From: Eledone cirrhosa
Lineage: Eukaryota
NCBI GenBank assembly: GCA_964016885.1
Contig: CAXHJY010000704.1
Coordinates: 1 to 64,000 of the forward strand
Length of the DNA stretch: 64,000 bases
Reading direction: 5' to 3'
Position 1 is the stretch's first letter, and every line of letters begins with the position of its first letter. The position numbers and the translations under genes are program-made. Shown here in pieces: positions 13,201-23,486 of this stretch. Under the pieces are notes generated by a model. That model ran no database searches and was not told the origin of the DNA. It was given only the letters and a program-made list of their open reading frames with translations.

Positions 13201-14702
13201 CATTCTGTAGTGAGATTAAAATTGGGTGCACTTAAAATATAATTTCATATAATCAAAAAAAGTATGCATATTTTTTCTTTAAATTGATGAAAATATATCT
13301 GATAATTAAACTGGGATGATCAACAAAGCCAGATGAAATATTTCTACACATGCAGTGTTTGGTGACCTATACAATAAACACATGATAAATACACCCAGTA
13401 CAAGCTGTAAAATGGCTAGTGATAGAAAGGGCATCCTGCCATAAAAAACTTGCCAAACAAAGAGCCAGGAGGATCCTTCAACCATGTCAAGAACATGACA
13501 GCTGCCCTAGCGTTGGTGATAGGAAGGGTATCCATCCATAGAAATTTTGCCTAACAAAAGGGTCAGGAGAACCTTCAGTTGTATCAATGACAACCTCTCC
13601 TGTGCACTTTGTGGAGTGTCGACTGTACATAATGTGAGACACAAATCCCTGGCCTGCCTGTGAGATCAGTGGCTCTGGTTCAGTAGTGACTTGGTCTATG
13701 TAGACCCATCCAACCCTTGCTAGCAGGGAAAATGGATGTTAAAACAATAACGATGATGCAATGTATTGATGTTATTCCAGGTTAGTTCTAAACAAGCAGA
13801 AATAGGATTTAAGGTATTCCATCCATTGCCATGCTATCAGTTTTGTTTCCGAGGGCCACATCATCCAATGAGTCTTTTTTTAAAGATGGTAGAATGTCAT
13901 TTATAGGAGATTTAGCTGCTATTTCTAACAGATTGAGTAATCACATAGATTTACCTAACTCCAGGTCAGCCTTAAATAAGCAAATATACCTGAAGACATT
14001 ACATTCATGACTACCTTGCCTTTTATTCAGCTACACGTTATCACATGACTAATTGTGTTCTTTTAGGGAGATTTGGTTGCTATTTCTAGCAGATTGAATG
14101 ACCAGACACATGTTCCAATATTAGCTATTCTTGTAATATTTTATAATATAATATTTTATATGAAGAAAGATGGAAGCAATATGATTTGCCTAGTGGTTAC
14201 AATACAATAGCCATTTCAACATTTGAACTCAAGAATTCGTGACCAGGAGTTGGGTACATTGCAAGCTCTGAATATATTATTTCAGAAGAGAAAATAACTT
14301 TCTGACTTTGACAAGCTAAACTGGTTTGCAGCCAGTTACTTCACACCTCTGTTGCTGATAAAATAGTTACAAAGAAATGATATGAAGCAAATATTATTCA
14401 GGAATAGATAGAAAAATTAATATTAATTCAATTAGAATCTAAATTAAATGAAATTAAATTTAAACAAACTATGGTCAGGACTTTAAAATTCTAATCAGGT
14501 GTGACATTGTTCTGTAAAACAGTGTAAATACAAAAGCTGCAGGCCTAAAAATAACACAGTCTGTTCACATAGCAGCAGTAATGATTGTGGGGGAAAAAAC
14601 CCAGAGCAAAACAGTTTTATCTTAGATGATCAGTTTTAAAGAATAAGGCAATGGTGTATAAGATGACTGATGATAACAATGATGGTAATAATAATAATAA
14701 TA

Positions 14703-15140
14703 ATTTCTACTATAGGTACAAGGCCAGCAATTTTGGGGGAAGAAGAAAGTCAATTAAATCAACCCCAGTGCATTACTGGTACTTTATTTTATCAACCCCG
14801 TAAGGATGAAAGGCAAAGCTAACCTTGGCAAGATTTAAACTCAGAATGTAAAGGGCCATAACTCTATGTCACTAAGTATGTTGTCCGATGCTCTGCCGAT
14901 TCTGGTAATCCACCGCCCTATAATAATAATGATTTCTACTATAGGTACAAGGCCAGCTATTTGGGAAGAGGGGGTTGATTAAATCAATTTCAGTGCATTA
15001 CTGGTACTTTATTTTATAGATCCCGTAAGGATGAAAGGCAAAGTTAATTTTGGCGGGATTTCAACTTTGAGCGTAAAGGGCCATAACTCTACACTGCAAA
15101 GCATGTTGCCTGATGCTTTACTAATACTGCTACCACACGG
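14703..15140 (-). mobile_element. Two tandem tRNA-derived SINEs (Meta-domain-like family)
   Basis: Two copies (about 14703-14920 and 14932-15140) of the reverse complement of 38124-38318, with conserved TTTGCCTTTCATCCTTACGGG..ATAAAATAAA..GTACCAG. Confidence 0.75.
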
Positions 15141-15771
15141 CCAGCAGGTTGATTGTTTCTACTCGTGGCACAAGGCCAGTAATTACCTCAAAGCACCAGT
15201 AATGCACTGGAGTAATTGCTGGCCTTGTGCCACAAATAGAAATCAATTCTTATGGAGGTTGGTGGATTGCCAGAGTTGGTAGAGCTTTGGACAAGATTTT
15301 AGTGCAGTTCTGGCTGTTCAAACCTTGTCAAGTTCAACTTTGCTTTTCACTCTTATGGGGGTCAATAAAATAAAGTGCCAGTAACAAACTAACCTCTACC
15401 CTTCAAACTGCTGGCCATGTGGTAGCTGTATCTGTAGTGCCTCAGGTAACATGCCCTCCATAATAATAATAATAATAATAATAATATGTGTAATAACACA
15501 GTTAAGAGAAAGACAGGAGTTTATAACAGAGACAAAGGCAGAAATGACTTGTTGATAATGTCAAAAATAACTTTTTTCTCTCCTAATACAAGCTACAAAT
15601 TTATATTGTAGAAGCATAGTTGACCAAATAGACACTCTTTCATCATCACCCATCATTAGATTTGATGGGTTCTTCTCAGCACAGTGTATCTCCATTCACC
15701 GTGTTTCTTCCTTATCTCCTCTGTGAGTCTCAGCAATTTGAGGTCAGCTTTCACCACCTCTGTCCAGATCA

Positions 15772-16065
15772 TTCTGTGTCTGAAGGGAAGATGTTTTATA
15801 ACTCTTCCAATCAATGCAGTGATAAAAGTCAAAGTTGACTGCAGGCACTGTTTGAACGTAAAAGACCAAGGGATGTAACTACATTCTACAAGGCAGTATA
15901 TGTACCACAATCTTCCTTGTGTCACTCTATTGTTTATATCTGAATAGAAAACAGACACAAAATGAATACTTAAGTGCTTGTGTAATCCTGAGCAGACACA
16001 AACAACTCTTCACACCTTGCACCCTTGACCTAGTAAAACCTAAAAGACATGATACCTGAAGAAGG
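15772..16065 (+). mobile_element. Penelope-like 3' fragment (GIY-YIG C-terminus and UTR)
   Basis: LCLKGRCFITLPINAVIKVKVDCRH aligns with LCITEAYYITL..PINDRTEVTISCQH of ORF 28268..29122; ends near CTGAAGA (possible start of a hammerhead core). Confidence 0.45.
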
Positions 16066-16329
16066 AAAGAGATAGGATTTTGATTTTATAGGGTGCTCAG
16101 AAAGATGAAAAGCAAGATTTGAACTCAGAATGTGAAGAGCTAAAACAAACACCACAAAGCATTTTGTTTAGCACACTAACAATTTCACCAATCCAACCTC
16201 TCACATTGGCAATTAGGCAGTCGCTTTTTTAATATGTTCTGAGTTCAATACCTGTGAAAATCAAGTTTGCTTGTCATTCTTCAAGGATTGACGAACAAAA
16301 CATTGTTTGGTTCAGTTTTGATAAAATAC

Positions 16330-16620
16330 ACACACGTGTATGAATGGAGAAAATCAAAATATTGGAGTTTGGCTGGGAGAACCTTGCTCTGGATTGCCTT
16401 TCTTGAAGGAAGACAGTGCACGATGGAAGGTGAGAATTTGAAAGAAACTGCACATGAACAGCTGAAGCAGTCTGCTTGTAAGGGCCTTTAAGTCAGTTTG
16501 CTAGGCATGCAGGTTGATTTAACTTGTAAACAATGTAACCAGTTATGTCTAAGTAAGGCAGGCCATAGAAGTCATCAAAGAAGAGACATGCAAAAAAAAC
16601 CTGTCAAGTCTGCAAAGTAT
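16330..16620 (+). mobile_element. Relic C-terminus of a different RTE-type LINE (Zn knuckle)
   Basis: Reads LTCKQCNQLCLSKAGHRSHQRR, matching the RTE C-terminal CxxC..C.S..GL.SH.R motif. Confidence 0.55.
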
Positions 16621-18343
16621 GGCATTACTGTTTAAAGGGAGTGTGAAACAGAATGTGCCTCTGTTAGTAGACAAAAACATTATATGCTGCATCTGTGCAA
16701 AAGTGTGTTTATCCCTAATGGGAGTAAAAAGCCACGTCCATGTTGCTTATACTTAAGAGGAGAGTCAAGCAGTAGCATTGTTCGAAATTGAGTTGCGATC
16801 ATCATCATGTATGTATGTATGTACATATGAATACACATATGCATGTATGAATGTATGTATGTATGTATGAATGTCGGGTCACTCTTGAGTGCTGCTGGTA
16901 ACATGTACAACCTGTCGCATGGTCGGCTCATCCGTGACCAAACCGGCAGCCCCACCAAGTTTACTTGGTGAGGAGGGTGATTTGGGACACCCTGCAGGAC
17001 AAAAAACAAAACCTGTCAAAGGGCAGAACTCATAAGAGTCAATGGCCAACGAAAAATGTGTAAATATGTATATACACATGTACATATGTATATGTATGTG
17101 TGCATATGTATGTATATGCACGGGGACATAGAAATAGTCAGGCTGGATACCCGATCGCGCAGTTAAACCACTGGAAGTGAAGGACCCCTAGCCTTTGTCA
17201 GGGCATTCTTCTAGGGGAAGGCAACTCAGGAAACTGGGATAACTCTGATATAAAACCTGCAGTTCAGTAGTTACTGATGATGTTGATCCTTTCTTCTTTT
17301 GGGTTATAGCTACTGTCGCTCAGAGAGTGAGATTGGCTCAGTGCACAGTCATTCCTCCCTTTAAAAAAAATCTTCACGCTCAGGCATTGCACAATAGAAT
17401 TAATTAACAATTACTAATAATGGTATATCGTGCAATGGCCATACTCGATAACAAGGGGGCAGCCATCATGTACGAATGCATGTATGTACGAATGAATGAA
17501 GGCATGTATGTATGTATGAATAAATGAATGCATGCATGTATATTATATGAACAATTTGATCGCAACATGCTTTAAGAACTTTGCCTAAAAACATTGTAAT
17601 GAGAGGGCCTGCTTGACCTGCCAATAGTAGCAGTAACTAAATTACCTCTGAAATCAAAAATTTTACTAAAGAAGGACATGATGTACAATGTACTCATAGA
17701 TGTAAAAAAAGATTAGCTCTTTATGACTGGACATAATTTTGATCACAATTCTACTCAATAAAAGTTTCTATAAAATTTTTCTAATGTGCTGGTCAAACCT
17801 TATATGAAAATTACACTAGAGCTCAATATACCCTTGTTGTTGTTGTTACAATTCCTGTAAGCCTTGATAGAACAGATCTATGACCAAAGATGTGACCATC
17901 GGCCATTTCCTTTTCCCCTTCATACATATTATTTGTAGGATTTCTTTACTGAATGAGTTTTTCCATTTTCTAAGAGGGCAAAATGTGATTCATGAAATAT
18001 TTTGCTCCTGTCTATAGCAAGTTGAGGAGCTCTGTAGAGGTGTACACTTGTGGAAGTATTTAGAATCAGTTAATATATATCAGGATGAAGCTACAATATT
18101 AAATTCATACAATTGATTTCATACATTCCATATATATATATATATATGTAGGAGGTGAGTTTTATTGTAGTACAATAAAGCAATGCAGATATCGGATAAA
18201 AAGCACTCTACAGTTTGTAGGACTGGAGTATACATAATATATAAGATCAAAAGATGGTTAAAAGAGTTCCAAACTACTTTTCATATGTTGATTTAAAACT
18301 GCACTATTCACAAGTGTTTTTTAACCTTCATATCATGTCTTCC

Positions 18344-18414
18344 TATTTTATCTGATGAAAACACAAATGTTATTGCATGATGATATTTGTTTTTGAAATG
18401 CGCATAATAAAATA
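18344..18414 (+). ncRNA. Minimal type I hammerhead ribozyme (Penelope pLTR type), intact core
   Basis: TATTTTAT-CTGATGA-[stem II ACAAATGTTATT/GATGATATTTGT]-GAAA-TGCGCA-TA-ATAAAATA: 8-bp stem I, palindromic loop III, cleavage predicted after 18406. Confidence 0.85.
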
Positions 18415-18444
18415 CATGGAACTCTTTTAACCATCTTTAGATCT

Positions 18445-18500
<56 letters not shown>

Positions 18501-18504
<4 letters not shown>

Positions 18505-21500
18505 CGTTAGGGATGGATGAGCTGGGAATACACGAGCAACTCTGAATCAATAGATGAAATATGAATCTGCGAGCTACCAAGCACCCACGTGAAGCGCCAA
18601 CCCAGAGACCCTCCCCTACGAGTGTCGACAAATGCCCAAAACTCCGAGTTGGTACCATCAATGTAGGCTCAATGAAAGGAAGAGCAGGAGAAATCGTAGA
18701 AATGCTAGAGCGAAAGGAAGTTGATGTATGCTGTGTGCAAGAGACTAGATGGAGAGGAGGGTCTGCTAGAGTCCTTGTAGGAAAAAGCCAGTGCTACAAA
18801 TTTTTCTGGGTGGGAAATGACGATGGGATGGGTGGTGTAGGTATACTATTAGCTGACAAGTGGGTAGATAAAGTAATCTCAGTGTACAGGGTAAATGCAA
18901 GAATCATTAAACTCAGACTAGTCCTGAATAAGACAATTACCACAATAATATCAGCTTACGCACCCCAATCGGGGCTGCCAGACGAACTTAAGGATAGGTT
19001 TTACGAGTCCCTAATACACACTACTGCTCTAACAGACGACAAGGACTTCCTAATCATTGCAGGAGATTTTAACGGACACGTAGGTAAACACTGCGACGGC
19101 TTCAATAGAGTACATGGAGGCCATGGAGTTGGCACAAGGAATGAGGAAGGATTCAGACTTCTAGAATTCTGCGACGCCAATGACATGTCGATATGTAACA
19201 CAAACTTTAAAAAACCCGACAACCACCTGATCACCTATAGATCAGGGGAGCACTCTAGTCAGTTAGATTTTATCCTCATCAGAGGACGTGACAGATGGAC
19301 GGTCGTAAACACAAAAGCCTTCCCTAGTGAGGAATGTACATCCCAACATAGCTTAGTTGTCAGCGACCTCACGGTCAGAACTAGACGAGCCCTGAAACAG
19401 AGGCCAACCTGGAGAAGAAAGATCTGGAAGCTGAAAGTCCCCTCAACCAGTAACAGATTTAAAGATATTTTACTCAACGCCTACGACAGTAAAGAAGAAC
19501 AGATAGAGACATTTAACGTAGAAGAGAACTGGGAGTTCCTAAAAAATAACTTACTAGAGGCGACGGATGAGGTTTGTGGCTGGAGTAAGACCTCAAGCAG
19601 GAGGAGAGTGACTTGGTGGTGGAACAATAAGGTAGATGAAGCAGTCAAGGCCAAGAGACAGGCATGGAAAGAATGGAAGAACGGGGGGAGCAGGGTACAT
19701 TACATAGAGACCAAGAGGGAAGCTAGGCGACAAGTATACTTAGCTAGGAGGGAAGCAGAGGATAGAAAATTCAAGCATGTTTTACAACGTGAGGACCAGA
19801 AACAGGAGGTATTCAAGATTGCGAGGCAGTGTGTCAGAGATAGTTGTGATGTCATTGGAGAGAAGTGTATCCGGAATGATAAAGGTGAGCTTGCCCTCAC
19901 AAGTGCTGAGAAGAAAGATGCATGGAAGAGTCATTATGATAGATTACTAAATGAGGAGAATGCATGGGAAGAAGAGACCCTACCCCACGTAGACCCTATA
20001 GAGGGACCAGCAGTACAAGTCAGCGGCAGCGTAGTAAGTAAGGCAATCAGAGATATGAAGATAGGGAAGGCAACCGGTCCATCGGGTATAGCTGCCGAGA
20101 TGCTGAAGGCATCTGGGTCTGTAGGTCACACTATAACCACACGTATCGTTAACCAGGTAATACTAGAGGGGGCCATACCAAAAGATTGGTGCAGTAGCAT
20201 CATTGTCAACTGCTACAAAGGTAAAGGCGATGCACTAGATAGAGGAAACTATAGAGGTATAAAGTTGATGGACCAGGTCATGAAAGTAACAGAAAGAGTT
20301 ATAGCACAGCTGATTAGGGACCGGGTGAATATAGACGAGATGCAATTTGGGTTTGTTCCAGGGAAAGGCACCACTGATGCGCTCTTCCTTGTGAGGCAAT
20401 TACAGGAAAAGTACCTAGCTAAAAGTAAGCCACTCTACTTGGCATTTGTCGACCTTGAGAAAGCCTTTGACAGAGTTCCACGTGCAGTAATCTGGTGGGC
20501 TCTTAGAAAACTAGGAGTAGATGAATGGCTTGTGAAAGCGGTACAAGCCATGTATAGGGGAGCAGTCAGCAAAGTTAGGATTGGCAATGAGTATAGCGAG
20601 GAATTTAGCGTACAGGTTGGGGTCCACCAGGGCTCTGTTCTTAGCCCTCTCCTGTTCATCATAGTCCTGCAGGCAATAACGGAGGAGTTTAAGACCGGAT
20701 GCCCATGGGAACTCCTGTATGCTGATGACCTCGCACTCATAGCTGAATCTATGGTAGAACTAGAGAATAAATTCCAAACCTGGAAGCAGGGACTAGAGAG
20801 AAAGGGCCTCAAAGTCAACATGACAAAGACTAAGGTCCTTATAAGTAGACGAGAAAACAGAACCCAGATCCCCTCAGGGAAATGGCCTTGCTCAGTATGT
20901 AGGAAAGGTGTAGGTAGGAACTCCATTCTTTGCCCCAAATGCAAACAATGGGTACACAAGAGATGTAGCGGGATCTCAGGAAGCTTAATTAAGAATGTAG
21001 GATTCACATGCAGCAGCTGTGCTGAAACAGCAAGCAAACAGCCACAGGAAACAAGTACCACCAATCTCTGGGAGGGCCCTGTAGAAACAGTAGACAGCTT
21101 CTGCTACCTAGGTGACCGAATTAGCAACGGAGGTGGGTGCTCAGAAAGTACAATAACTAGGGTAAGAACGGGATGGAAGAAGTTTAGGGAACTACTACCA
21201 CTGCTAGCTGCAAAAGGCTTCTCCCTCAGAATGAAAGGCAGACTGTATGATGCGTGTATCCGAACAGCGATGTTGCATGGTAGTGAGACCTGGGCGCTGA
21301 AGGTGGAAGACTTACGTAGATTAGAGAGAAACGAAGCCTGCATGCTCCGATGGATGTGTAACAGTAATATACGTGAACGACAAAGCATAAATGAATTGAG
21401 AGAGAGACTGAGCATAAGAGGAATCAAATGCTGCGTGCAGGAGAGGCGGTTACGCTGGTATGGACATGTGATGCGTATGAAGGATGACAGCTGCATAAAA

Positions 21501-21981
21501 AGGTGCAGAGCACTAGAAGTTGATGGAAACCGCGGAGTGGGGAGACCCAAGATGACTTGGGATGAGGTGATAAAAGCCGACCTTACCCAACTACACCTCT
21601 CAAAGTCAATGAGACACGACCGTGACTTCTGGCGTCACGCAGTAATACAGGGTACCCGACCTCCCATGGGTACATGCTGAAGCATATAAACAATATGCCC
21701 CCCCCCCCACCGCAAGGTGGTCGTGGAGGTGCCACGGCAAAAAAGCACCCAGCCCACACTGTAAAGTGGACGTGTAGGCGCCACGAAAAAGCACCCAGCA
21801 CTCACTGTAAATGAGGTTGGTGTTAGGAAGGGCATCCAGCTGTAGAAATCAAGCCAGATCAGTTCCTGTATGAGCAAGGCATGGTCAGCCGACCAGACAC
21901 TGCCCACAACAGGACAACCCGTCTAACCCATGCTAGCGTGGAAGAACGGACGTAAAACGGTGATGATGATGATGATGATGA

Positions 21982-21985
<4 letters not shown>
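18501..21985 (+). mobile_element. Apparently complete RTE-clade LINE, subfamily A
   Basis: Short 5' leader, single uninterrupted ORF, 3' UTR, (GAT)n tail; flanked by (TA)n on both sides. Confidence 0.95.
18561..21680 (+). CDS. RTE LINE polyprotein: APE endonuclease, reverse transcriptase and internal PHD-like zinc finger (1039 aa)
   Basis: VGTINVG, CVQETRW, GDFNGH, SQLDFI, SQHSLV (APE); YRGIKL, QFGF, FVDLEKAFD, GVHQGSVLSP, YADD, FCYLG (RT); RRLRWYGHV..GRPKMTW (RTE C-terminus). Confidence 0.97.
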   Translation: MNLRATKHPREAPTQRPSPTSVDKCPKLRVGTINVGSMKGRAGEIVEMLERKEVDVCCVQETRWRGGSARVLVGKSQCYKFFWVGNDDGMGGVGILLADKWVDKVISVYRVNARIIKLRLVLNKTITTIISAYAPQSGLPDELKDRFYESLIHTTALTDDKDFLIIAGDFNGHVGKHCDGFNRVHGGHGVGTRNEEGFRLLEFCDANDMSICNTNFKKPDNHLITYRSGEHSSQLDFILIRGRDRWTVVNTKAFPSEECTSQHSLVVSDLTVRTRRALKQRPTWRRKIWKLKVPSTSNRFKDILLNAYDSKEEQIETFNVEENWEFLKNNLLEATDEVCGWSKTSSRRRVTWWWNNKVDEAVKAKRQAWKEWKNGGSRVHYIETKREARRQVYLARREAEDRKFKHVLQREDQKQEVFKIARQCVRDSCDVIGEKCIRNDKGELALTSAEKKDAWKSHYDRLLNEENAWEEETLPHVDPIEGPAVQVSGSVVSKAIRDMKIGKATGPSGIAAEMLKASGSVGHTITTRIVNQVILEGAIPKDWCSSIIVNCYKGKGDALDRGNYRGIKLMDQVMKVTERVIAQLIRDRVNIDEMQFGFVPGKGTTDALFLVRQLQEKYLAKSKPLYLAFVDLEKAFDRVPRAVIWWALRKLGVDEWLVKAVQAMYRGAVSKVRIGNEYSEEFSVQVGVHQGSVLSPLLFIIVLQAITEEFKTGCPWELLYADDLALIAESMVELENKFQTWKQGLERKGLKVNMTKTKVLISRRENRTQIPSGKWPCSVCRKGVGRNSILCPKCKQWVHKRCSGISGSLIKNVGFTCSSCAETASKQPQETSTTNLWEGPVETVDSFCYLGDRISNGGGCSESTITRVRTGWKKFRELLPLLAAKGFSLRMKGRLYDACIRTAMLHGSETWALKVEDLRRLERNEACMLRWMCNSNIRERQSINELRERLSIRGIKCCVQERRLRWYGHVMRMKDDSCIKRCRALEVDGNRGVGRPKMTWDEVIKADLTQLHLSKSMRHDRDFWRHAVIQGTRPPMGTC

Positions 21986-22016
<31 letters not shown>

Positions 22017-22160
22017 TAGATAGATAGATATATATAAGCAATGAGTTATTTAATTTGTTGGTTATTCAACAAATTTAGTTTATAACAAATTAGAAGCACT
22101 CTTCTGGAATATAATATCAATAATATTAATAAATGGAAACTATCTTTATAAAACCATATT

Positions 22161-22222
22161 TATTTTATTATATATATTTCAAAGGTACCAACATTTTTGG
22201 TATGCTCTCATCAGATAAAATA
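22161..22222 (-). ncRNA. Minimal type I hammerhead ribozyme, intact core
   Basis: Minus strand TATTTTAT-CTGATGA-gagcaTACCAAaaatgTTGGTAccttt-GAAA-TATATA-TA-ATAAAATA. Confidence 0.8.
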
Positions 22223-22378
22223 TAAAAGTTGTTTTACAGATAGTGACATATTCAAAACAAGAACTTATCGTTTTGAGTTCTGTTTGAATATTCAAACAGA
22301 ATATTCAAAATATTCAAACAGAACTCAAAACAATAAATTCTTGTTTTGAATATGTCACTATCTGTAAAACAACTTTTA

Positions 22379-22440
22379 TATTTTATCTGATAAGAGCGTA
22401 TCAAAAATGTTGGTACCCTTGAAATATATATAATAAAATA
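22379..22440 (+). ncRNA. Mirror hammerhead copy with G8A core mutation (likely inactive)
   Basis: TATTTTAT-CTGATAA-..-GAAA-TATATA-TA-ATAAAATA. Confidence 0.7.
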
Positions 22441-22492
22441 AATATGGTTTTATAAAGATAGTTTCCATTTATTAATATTATTGATATATATA

Positions 22493-22542
<50 letters not shown>

Positions 22543-22879
22543 TGTTTCTACTTTTTGGCATTACTGGTACTTTATTTTATCGAACCTATGAGTTTATAGT
22601 GTTCACTATTTTCATTGGTAAGTTGAGAAAAACTCAATCCACTATATATATGTATACCATTTATGTTATGTTGTTTACCAATGAGTAGAACTGATTGTTC
22701 TGATTAATAAACGATGATGCAATAAATTAAAGCACTAAACGTTATGCAAATCATCCATCATAGGTGTAGTATCCCAAAGCTGGTGCAGGGACGGAGTTAA
22801 GTATTCATTTAAAAGCAAGAGAAAGCTAGATTGGAAACATTCTTTAAAGTTTTAATTTTGCGAAACACTATACATATTT

Positions 22880-22944
22880 CAATGGCCCAGTTTCATCATC
22901 TGATCATGATACAATACTTAGGTGATTTCATCAGGGGTTCATTG
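22880..22944 (-). ncRNA. Degenerate hammerhead motif (stem III deleted)
   Basis: Minus strand CAATGaaCCC-CTGATGA-aATCAcCT..AGaTGAT-GAAA-ct-GGGcCATTG. Confidence 0.45.
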
Positions 22945-23090
22945 TGAAATTAGTTATATACAATAACACGATTATGGCAAACACAACAAGAGGGTAGCAG
23001 TTAGATTTGGTTCGGGGATGGCTCACCAATTTGGAGTTATTGTAACGGCAAGCCATCCCTGAATGAGTGTGTGTGTGTATGTATATATAC

Positions 23091-23134
<44 letters not shown>

Positions 23135-23138
<4 letters not shown>

Positions 23139-23442
23139 GAATGTATATATAGTGTATTTTGCAATACACTGTATGCTGAATTAAAAGCATTTTGAAGACC
23201 ATACGCTATTGTTTTAAAGTAACGACATTGTCGCTTACTTAAATTTTCGGCAGACAGGGGGAGATAAGTTGACAGCGCTGTTTCGTTCTTTTTGGTACTT
23301 ATCAAAACTCACTACTCTCCCCGTCTGCGAAAATTTAAGTAAGCAACAATGTCGCTACTTTAAAACAATAGCATATGGTCTTCAAAATGCTTTTAATTAA
23401 GCATAGAGTGTATTGCAAAATACACTAAATATACTTTCATAT
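23135..23442. repeat. About 308-bp fold-back with a degenerate hammerhead at its apex
   Basis: Arms about 23135-23263 and 23315-23442; minus-strand centre TGAGTT-TTGATAA-GTAC..GAAC-GAAA-CAGCGCTG-TC-AACTTA; TA runs on both sides. Confidence 0.8.
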
Positions 23443-23486
23443 ATATATATATATCGCAATTTCAGAGCACCAATTCTAATATATGT

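Larger units (their letters stand above)
22114..22487. repeat. 374-bp fold-back palindrome (179-bp arms, 16-bp spacer), Penelope pLTR-derived
   Basis: 22114-22292 is the reverse complement of 22309-22487 with scattered transitions; each arm holds a hammerhead motif. Confidence 0.9.

Noticed and set aside
16880-17460. GC-richer repeat-like segment, possibly an RTE 5' UTR-derived element with an HDV-like ribozyme
   Set aside because: Could not build the nested double pseudoknot by eye and there is no second copy in the window
19001-21550. Antisense ORFs (up to 209 aa) recurring in several RTE copies
   Set aside because: Shadow frames of the RT ORF; they recur only because the copies are near-identical and show no recognisable domain
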